Shown piece after piece: positions 8,927 through 14,683 of a DNA stretch of 14,683 nt; position 1 is the first letter of the stretch; each line of letters begins with the position of its first letter. The DNA comes from Candidatus Cryosericum sp. (GTDB lineage: Bacteria > Caldisericota > Caldisericia > Cryosericales > Cryosericaceae): contig JBNAWM010000029.1 in NCBI GenBank assembly GCA_049699855.1, forward strand, positions 1 to 14,683, given 5' to 3'. The notes beneath the pieces were generated by a model. It saw only the letters and a program-made list of their open reading frames with translations. It did not search any database and had not been told where the DNA came from. A program made the translations under genes and the position numbers.

Positions 8927-9448
8927 ATGGATAAAGAAGTAGAGCAAGGATATAATTCAGTGCTGGAGTCGCTTCGAAAGAGGTCTCTCTTCATGCTGCA
9001 CTACTGCACGGGGTGTGGCGCAGTGGAACTTCCGCCGACGATGACCTCGCGCTACGACATGGAAAGGTTTGGGATCGTGCCCTATGTCACGCCCAGGCAG
9101 TCGGACATCCTGATCATAACGGGATATGTCAACATCAAGACTCTCCGAAGGATCATTACGACGTATGAGCAGATGCTGGACCCGAAGTACGTTATTGGAA
9201 TGGGCTCCTGTACCATCAACGGAGGCATCTATTATGATTCGCACTCCGTGATCAAGAAGCTTGACCCGTACATTCCAGTCGACCTGTACATCGCGGGGTG
9301 CATGCCCCGGCCCGAGGCCATCATTCACTCCTTCAACCATCTCATGGAACTCATCGATACCGGAAAGGCCGACGGATACAGGCGATACAAAGAGAATGCT
9401 GACTTCTACAGGGAAAACCAGAGGAAGGTGCTTGGAGAATGGAGATAA
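8927..9448 (+). CDS. nuoB: NuoB-like [4Fe-4S] small subunit (MbxJ/MbsJ)
   Basis: CTGCGAVE (C27, C30), RYDMERFG, PRQSDILIITG, GSCTINGG (C95) and IAGCMPRPE (C125). Confidence 0.93.
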   Translation: MDKEVEQGYNSVLESLRKRSLFMLHYCTGCGAVELPPTMTSRYDMERFGIVPYVTPRQSDILIITGYVNIKTLRRIITTYEQMLDPKYVIGMGSCTINGGIYYDSHSVIKKLDPYIPVDLYIAGCMPRPEAIIHSFNHLMELIDTGKADGYRRYKENADFYRENQRKVLGEWR

Positions 9449-9915
9449 AAGACATCGAACGCGTCGTCAAAGGAAGCGTGATCGCCAAGCGGTCACAGAG
9501 ACTGAGCATCAAGGTGGAGAGTGCCGATCTGGTCAGCACAGTGCACTCGCTGAAGCTTCTGGGATTCAATCAGTTGACGCTTGTAACTGCTGTTGACTGG
9601 ATTGACGAACAGCAGTTTGAAGTTGTGTATCTCCTCTCCAGCCATGCGGAAAACGTTGTCGCGATCGTCAAGACACGAATCCCGCGGGAGAGCGCCGAAA
9701 TCGAGACGATCGAAGATCTCTATCCAAACGCACACAAGTACGAGGTGGAGCTCACCGAGATGTTTGGTATACGCGTTCGTGGAAACGCGGATTCAGGCAA
9801 GCCATTCATGCTCGAGAACTGGCAGGACCTCCCTCCCATGAGAAAGGACTTCGATTCCATCAAGTACGCCGGGGAGCACTACGAAGCGCGCCACAAGGAG
9901 GTCACCAGTGATTAG
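9439..9915 (+). CDS. nuoC: NuoC-like subunit (MbxK/MbsK)
   Basis: VTAVDW, FEVVYLL, TIEDLYPNAHKYEVELTEMFGI and PPMRKDF. Confidence 0.92.
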   Translation: MEIKDIERVVKGSVIAKRSQRLSIKVESADLVSTVHSLKLLGFNQLTLVTAVDWIDEQQFEVVYLLSSHAENVVAIVKTRIPRESAEIETIEDLYPNAHKYEVELTEMFGIRVRGNADSGKPFMLENWQDLPPMRKDFDSIKYAGEHYEARHKEVTSD

Positions 9916-11008
9916 AGAATACGAACTGAACATTGGACCAAACCATCCTGGCATACCGGGAAACTTTTCGCTGCATCTCGAGCTGGAAGGCGACACCATC
10001 GTCAAGGCGAGTGGCGACTCCGGATATCTTCACCGGTCGTTTGAAAAACTCATGGAGCACCGGCTGTACCTGCAGAACCTGGGCCTGATCCCCAGGATCT
10101 GCGTGCCGGAGCCCGATATCAACGAGGCTGCGTATGCCATGGCAATCGAGGAACTCATGGGTGTCGAGGTCCCCGAGCGAGCCAAGTTCATCAGAACGAT
10201 CGTTCTTGAGGCGGCGCGCGTCAATGCCTACCTGTTCGAACTTGGCGGCTATGCCGGAACGCTGGGCCTCTACACCCTCATGCAGTGGGCGACGGGTGAC
10301 AGGGACTACATGGTGGATATCTTTGCGAAGCTGACCGGCGCGAGGATCTATCATATGTTCATCTGGCCGGGTGGAGTTCGGCGTGATGTGCCGGCTGGTT
10401 TTGAGGAAGACATCCTGGGGTGGGTGAAGTACATGAAGGACAAGCTGTCTGATTACGACGGAGTGTTCTTCAAGAATTCCATGTTCCTCCATAGGGCACG
10501 AGGCATGGCGCCAATAACGCAGGAGGAGGCGCTTTCGATGGGGGTGACGGGACCAAATCTGAAGGCGGTGGGCATTGCTCAGGACGTGCGAAAGGACGAG
10601 CCATATGCCGCATATCCCTATCTGGACTTCGACATTCCTACCATGACGGAAGGGGATGCATGGGCGCGCACGATCATCCGCAGGCTTGAGCTTGAACTGT
10701 CGCTGGACCTCATCGAGCAGGCCGTCAGGAAAATGCCGAAGGGTCCGGTAATGGCAAGGATGCCAAATCCGTTCAAGTGGTATGTTCCCAAGGGAGACGC
10801 CTACGCACGCGTTGAGTCATCACGAGGCGAATATGGCTTCTACTTCGTCAGCGATGGCGGGCCGAAACCCTATCGAGTCTCTGTGCGGGGAGTTTCAATG
10901 TCGCATATGTACCCGTTGGCAGAACGGCTCCTCGTGGGACAGAAGTTATCGGACGCCTCACAGATACTGGGGAGTCTCGACATTTGCCCCCCTGAGATCG
11001 ACCGGTAG
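9908..11008 (+). CDS. nuoD: NuoD-like catalytic subunit without NiFe site (MbxL/MbsL), 366 aa
   Basis: LNIGPNHP, GYLHRSFEK, RICVPEPD, PGGVRRD, RVESSRGE and terminal DICPPEIDR. GTG start with AAGGAGG RBS. Confidence 0.92.
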   Translation: MIREYELNIGPNHPGIPGNFSLHLELEGDTIVKASGDSGYLHRSFEKLMEHRLYLQNLGLIPRICVPEPDINEAAYAMAIEELMGVEVPERAKFIRTIVLEAARVNAYLFELGGYAGTLGLYTLMQWATGDRDYMVDIFAKLTGARIYHMFIWPGGVRRDVPAGFEEDILGWVKYMKDKLSDYDGVFFKNSMFLHRARGMAPITQEEALSMGVTGPNLKAVGIAQDVRKDEPYAAYPYLDFDIPTMTEGDAWARTIIRRLELELSLDLIEQAVRKMPKGPVMARMPNPFKWYVPKGDAYARVESSRGEYGFYFVSDGGPKPYRVSVRGVSMSHMYPLAERLLVGQKLSDASQILGSLDICPPEIDR

Positions 11009-11018
11009 GAGGTGGAGC

Positions 11019-12845
11019 ATGGACACAAAACAGGCAAGAAACGAATTTGAACACGGCAGCCTTCTCTCTCCGCTGTCCTCTGCCAAGTACCTGTTCAAGA
11101 AGCCTCACACGCTTCAATATCCGAAAGAGACAAAACCTGTTCCCGAACGGTTCAGGGGCTTGCACATCAATGATCTGGACAAGTGTATCGGGTGCGGCAA
11201 CTGCATGACCATCTGCCCATGCGGCGCTATCACGATGGTGGATACGAAATCCTTCCATCCGGTCGTGGCAAAAGAGGGAACCACTGACAAGCGGCCGCAG
11301 GTAGACTATGGGCGTTGTTCATTTTGCGGTCTTTGCGTCGACATCTGTCCCTCGGGTTCGCTCAAGCTGTCCAAGGATCTGATTTACAGTTCAACAAGCG
11401 CGGATGACTTTCTCTGGGTGCCTGCGGTGGAACAGGGCAGAGAGGCAGGCTTTGTTCAGAGCGACGAACTGACACCTCTCATCTTGAACAAGGTGGAAAT
11501 GCCAGAGCTTGAGCCCGATGTCAGAAAGAAGACGTTTGAACAGGTCATCCTGGGTTTCAATGAAGAGGAGGCGAACGCAGAAGCGGCCCGCTGTCTCGGT
11601 TGCGGCATCTGCATGCAGGGATGTCCGGCGCACATGAAAATTCCGGAGTATATTCAGGCAATCTTCGACAAAGACTACACGCTTGCCGTCAAGTACATGT
11701 ATGAAGACAACGCACTGCCGGGCATCTGCGGCACCATCTGTACCCACAAATGCGAGGACGACTGCGTCTACAACCACAGGGGCGACGCTGTACAGATCAT
11801 GTCGCTTAAGCGTTTTGCCACCGATCAGCTCAGAAATCTCTCAAACGCGGATCCAGTAAAGCTTCCAGCGACAGGGCACAAAGTCGCGATCATTGGCTCG
11901 GGACCCAGCGGACTCTCTGCCGCGTTCTACCTTGCACTCATGGGGCATTCTGTGACTATTTTCGAGCGGGCTCAGCGGCCGGGTGGCGCTCTTGGACTGG
12001 GCATTCCCATGTACAGGCTCCCGGTGGAGGAGATCGACAAAGAAGTCGACCACATTAAGGCACTCGGCGTCGAAATCAAGCTTGGCACTGAAGTTGGCAA
12101 GGATGTCTCCTTTGGCGACATCATGAAGGACTATGAGGCATGTCTCATTGGAGTGGGGCTCTCCTTTGGAAGAGCCATCAACCTGAAAGGCGAAGACCAC
12201 CCCGACGTTATCCAGGCAATCGACTTCCTGCGACAGGTCAAAGTCGAGGGGAGGCGCAGCATTGCCAGAAAGGTGGTTGTCATTGGCGGCGGGAATGTTG
12301 CAATGGATGTTGTCAGGACAGTCAAGAGGCTTCAGGAGATAGGCTACCCCGGCGACACCGGAACTTCGGTGCAGATGGCCAGCCTTGAAGACTGGAACAT
12401 CCTCCCCGCTTCAAAGGACGAGGTGGATGGAGCTCTTGCCGAAGGCGTCATCTTTAACCCGGGCTGGGGACCGAAGGAAGTGAAATTCAGTGAGGATGCA
12501 CGGATCGTCGGGTTGGAGGTGAAGAAGGTCAAGTCGGTATTTGACGAGAACAAGCGGTTCAATCCGACCTTCTTCGAAGATCAGACCAAAGTCCTCGAGG
12601 CGGACTTCATTATCGAGGCTGTTGGACAGATGACCAACCTCTCGTTCATACCCGAGGAGATGGCTAAGGATCTCAAATACACGCCAAGAAGAAGAATCTT
12701 TGTTGATGATTATGGCGAAACCTCCCTCCCCGGTGTGTTCGCTGCCGGCGATCTTGTTGAGACATCTCTCGGTAATGCAATCTCAGCTGTTGCCAATGGA
12801 CACAGGGCAGCAATCGGGATTGACCAGTATCTCAAGGGCAAGTAG
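11019..12845 (+). CDS. Fusion of NuoI-like 2x[4Fe-4S] subunit (MbxN) with a GltD/NfnL-like FAD-dependent NAD(P)H oxidoreductase, 608 aa
   Basis: TLQYPKE..ERFRGLH, CIGCGNCMTICP and CSFCGLCVDICP, then EAARCLGCGICMQGCP, CGTICTHKCEDDC, IIGSGPSG, GIPMYRLP, VIGGGNVAMD and TSLPGVFAAGD. Start at ATG 11019 behind AGGAGGTG. The ORF-track start at 10782 lies inside mbxL. Confidence 0.9.
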   Translation: MDTKQARNEFEHGSLLSPLSSAKYLFKKPHTLQYPKETKPVPERFRGLHINDLDKCIGCGNCMTICPCGAITMVDTKSFHPVVAKEGTTDKRPQVDYGRCSFCGLCVDICPSGSLKLSKDLIYSSTSADDFLWVPAVEQGREAGFVQSDELTPLILNKVEMPELEPDVRKKTFEQVILGFNEEEANAEAARCLGCGICMQGCPAHMKIPEYIQAIFDKDYTLAVKYMYEDNALPGICGTICTHKCEDDCVYNHRGDAVQIMSLKRFATDQLRNLSNADPVKLPATGHKVAIIGSGPSGLSAAFYLALMGHSVTIFERAQRPGGALGLGIPMYRLPVEEIDKEVDHIKALGVEIKLGTEVGKDVSFGDIMKDYEACLIGVGLSFGRAINLKGEDHPDVIQAIDFLRQVKVEGRRSIARKVVVIGGGNVAMDVVRTVKRLQEIGYPGDTGTSVQMASLEDWNILPASKDEVDGALAEGVIFNPGWGPKEVKFSEDARIVGLEVKKVKSVFDENKRFNPTFFEDQTKVLEADFIIEAVGQMTNLSFIPEEMAKDLKYTPRRRIFVDDYGETSLPGVFAAGDLVETSLGNAISAVANGHRAAIGIDQYLKGK

Positions 12846-12854
12846 GAGGCACCG

Positions 12855-13394
12855 GTGGAACTCAAAGACAAGATCTATTTCGGCGAGCCGATACAGGACA
12901 GGTTCTATAATGGTTTCTCAGAGATGGAGACCGCTGTGGTCACGTTCTCAAACAAGACTGGTGCAGTTCGCATCGAGGATCTCTTTGTCATTGCAAAAGG
13001 CACGGAGAGGATGCTTTCCAAGGAAGAGGACATCTGGATCAAGGATATCGTTGACGACATACAGGTTACCTCTCGGAATGGTCTCGACAAAGTGCTTCAG
13101 ATTGTCCGCAGGCGAGTGTATGAGCCCCTTGTCCGCATAGAGGCTGGCAGCAGGGTTACGGTCGTGAGTTCAAGCCATGGAGTCATGACTGTTTCAGATG
13201 GCTCGGATGTTCTCAAGGTGGCTAGAGACGTGAAAGTCGGCGACCAGGTCCTTGTGAGCGTGGAGGGTGTGGGAACAGGCTTGCAACCGGTCACGCAGAT
13301 TTCGGCCGAAGAGGGTCGCCATCTGCATTTGTACGGTCTCGTTACTGTTTCAGGGGGAGCTTTCATCAGCGGCATCTTCCAGAAGAGTTACTAG
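12855..13394 (+). CDS. Standalone HINT (intein-like) fold protein, apparently splicing-inactive, 179 aa
   Basis: AGGAGG RBS 5 nt before GTG. HINT-like blocks appear in the correct order: ETAVV..G.VRIEDL, LVRIE...VVSSSH, ARDVKVGDQV, PVTQI, LYGLVT and FISGI. The gene is well supported, but the fold call is by eye. Confidence 0.7.
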   Translation: MELKDKIYFGEPIQDRFYNGFSEMETAVVTFSNKTGAVRIEDLFVIAKGTERMLSKEEDIWIKDIVDDIQVTSRNGLDKVLQIVRRRVYEPLVRIEAGSRVTVVSSSHGVMTVSDGSDVLKVARDVKVGDQVLVSVEGVGTGLQPVTQISAEEGRHLHLYGLVTVSGGAFISGIFQKSY

Positions 13395-13421
13395 CAAGAA
13401 ACCCCCGTTGCTTCCCTGTAC

Positions 13422-13451
13422 AAAAAAGTCCCGGGCGAAAGCCGGGGACTT
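13422..13451 (-). terminator. Intrinsic terminator of csp copy 2, possibly also ending the convergent mbx operon
   Basis: Minus strand AAGTCCCCGGC-TTTC-GCCCGGGACTT-TTTT: 11-bp stem with one mismatch ending in a T6 run, 21 nt after the csp stop codon. The plus strand has only a short T tail. Confidence 0.85.
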
Positions 13452-13472
13452 GGTAGGTTCGGGTGTCAGTAA

Positions 13473-13679
13473 TCAGGCTTTGACCTGGACGTCCTTCGCC
13501 TGCGGCCCCTTGTCGCCCTGCACAACTTCGAACTCGACGACGTCGCCCTCTTTGAGGGACTTGAAGCCGGAGCCGAGGATCGCACTGTAATGGACAAAGA
13601 CGTCCTTCTCGCCGTCATCACGAGTGATGAAGCCATAGCCCTTCTCTGCGTTGAACCACTTCACCTTACCTGTAAGCAC
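13473..13679 (-). CDS. cspA: Cold-shock protein (CspA family), copy 2, 68 aa
   Basis: Same RNP1/RNP2 motifs as copy 1, GTG start with GGAGG RBS, and its own promoter and terminator. Confidence 0.97.
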   Translation of the reverse strand: MLTGKVKWFNAEKGYGFITRDDGEKDVFVHYSAILGSGFKSLKEGDVVEFEVVQGDKGPQAKDVQVKA

Positions 13680-13727
13680 TGCTGACCTCCATACACAATT
13701 CTGGCTAGTCGTATCTTGCCATAGCTA

Positions 13728-13756
13728 AGTATACAATTGCAAAAAAAACGCGTCAA
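13728..13756 (-). promoter_or_regulatory. Sigma70 promoter of csp copy 2
   Basis: Minus strand TTGACG (13756..13751), 17-nt spacer, TATACT (13733..13728), close to consensus. Confidence 0.8.
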
Positions 13757-13878
13757 GACCCCTGCGAACAGAGGATGAAATGCGAGATGCCGGGGGCGTC
13801 ATCCCTCCTGTCCTCTGGCGGAGGCCCCAGAGATGTGTATACTGCCGGTGGAGCTACCAGTTCGATGGGAGGAATTTC

Positions 13879-14400
13879 ATGCAGGCAGCAGGCAAGCCCT
13901 TGAAGGTGCTGGTCCTGTATTACTCCTTTGCAGGCCACACACGCGCCATTGCCGAACAGATCGCCAAGGCAGCACAGGCCGACCTTGAGGAGTTGCGAGG
14001 CATGGGAGAGCCTTCAGGAACGGGTATGCGTCACTATGTCTGGGCTCTGCGCCGGCTGCTGCTTTCCCAGAGGCCGCTCCTGGCAGATGTGCTGCATGAC
14101 GCGTCGAGGTACGACCTCGTCATTCTGGGCAGCCCCGTCTGGCTGGGTACATTCAGCCCCGTGGTCCGCAGTTACATCCGGACGGCACCTCTGGCAGGCA
14201 AGCGCGTGGCGCTCTTCTGCAGTTATCGCAACGCACCAGGACCTGCTTTCAAGCATGTTGCCCGCATGCTGAAAGCATCAATTGTTCTGCCTGATACGCT
14301 CAGCTTCCTTGATCCGGTGGCTGCAGGTCCTTCCATCATCACCATCCGGGCCCAGCGCTGGGTGCACGACCTTGAGAACTTGCTGGGCGCCGGCGCGTAA
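13879..14400 (+). CDS. Flavodoxin-fold protein, 173 aa
   Basis: KVLVLYYSFAGHTRAIAEQIA, YDLVILGSPVW and LAGKRVALFCS. Start at ATG 13879 behind GGGAGGA. Confidence 0.85.
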   Translation: MQAAGKPLKVLVLYYSFAGHTRAIAEQIAKAAQADLEELRGMGEPSGTGMRHYVWALRRLLLSQRPLLADVLHDASRYDLVILGSPVWLGTFSPVVRSYIRTAPLAGKRVALFCSYRNAPGPAFKHVARMLKASIVLPDTLSFLDPVAAGPSIITIRAQRWVHDLENLLGAGA

Positions 14401-14445
14401 CATGAGATTTCAAGCGCATCACACATTTGTAAAAGGAGCGACACG

Positions 14446-14683
14446 ATGAACAACGATGAACGGCAGGAACGAGATAGCGTTCGGGAGGGCCAACCGCAGA
14501 CGAGACGGCCCATTGCTGTACGGACGTTGACGGCAACGGGGCTGCTGCTTGCAGTGGGATTGCTGCTGCCCCTGGTTTTCCACTCCCTTTTGGGGGCTGC
14601 CGGTGGCAAGACGTTTCTGCCGATGCACTATGCCGTCCTGCTGGGCGGACTGCTGCTCGGCCCGGCGGCAGGAACCTTTCTTG
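14446..14683 (+). CDS. ECF transporter S component, 5' part (runs off the window, absent from the ORF track)
   Basis: AAGGAG RBS at 14433-14438. Hand translation: MNNDERQERDSVREGQPQTRRPIAVRTLTATGLLLAVGLLLPLVFHSLLGAAGGKTFLPMHYAVLLGGLLLGPAAGTFL. The LLLP..FH, FLPMH and GLLLGP..G pattern is typical of S components. Confidence 0.78.
   Translation, partial: MNNDERQERDSVREGQPQTRRPIAVRTLTATGLLLAVGLLLPLVFHSLLGAAGGKTFLPMHYAVLLGGLLLGPAAGTFL

Noticed and set aside
9908..11008. Group 4 [NiFe]-hydrogenase large subunit (Mbh/Ech)
   Set aside because: Both CxxC motifs are incomplete (CVPE, CPPE), and there are no maturation genes in the window.
8035..11008. Canonical complex I (nuo) operon
   Set aside because: No nuoA/E/F/G, no RxDY motif and no tandem CC in the small subunit. 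The gene order matches Mbx/MBS. The nuo symbols denote homology only.
11019..12845. True glutamate synthase small subunit (gltD)
   Set aside because: No gltB nearby, fused to a NuoI-like domain, and lacks the YRR motif.
12855..13394. Active intein or split-intein half
   Set aside because: No Cys, no terminal His-Asn, no meaningful exteins and no endonuclease. N- and C-terminal blocks are in one chain, separated from the upstream gene by a stop codon and its own RBS.
13393..13412. AGCAA-N10-TTGCT hairpin as the mbx operon terminator
   Set aside because: Weak stem with a large loop and no U tract. The hairpin at 13426..13451 is a better candidate.
19..13679. Composite transposon, prophage or assembly artefact flanked by repeats
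   Set aside because: The repeats are csp genes diverged by about 14%, mostly at synonymous sites. There is no transposase, integrase or terminal inverted repeat.
1..14683. CRISPR array, tRNA/rRNA, selenocysteine recoding or programmed frameshift
   Set aside because: No regularly spaced repeats or recognisable RNA genes were seen. All genes appear full length in a single frame, and the TGA codons at junctions are ordinary ATGA coupling.

Overview
Bacterial chromosomal segment dominated by a tightly coupled 14-gene + strand operon (2307..13394). The first 13 genes follow the gene order of the Mrp-Mbx / membrane-bound sulfane reductase (MBS) type respiratory complex: MnhE, F, G, MbxD, MnhB, MnhC, two antiporter-like subunits, then NuoH-, NuoB-, NuoC-, NuoD- and NuoI-like subunits. 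The NuoD-like subunit keeps only two Cys and has neither a NiFe site nor the complex I quinone motif. The NuoI-like subunit is fused to a complete GltD/NfnL-like FAD/NAD(P)H oxidoreductase. The 14th gene is the most unexpected element: a 179-aa standalone protein that by eye has a full HINT (intein-like) fold, with the splicing residues apparently replaced. The operon and a divergent M32 carboxypeptidase lie between two same-orientation cold-shock protein paralogues that share a promoter layout and a 5'UTR motif. A flavodoxin-fold gene and the start of an ECF transporter S component close the window. All calls are from motif reading by eye, without database searches.
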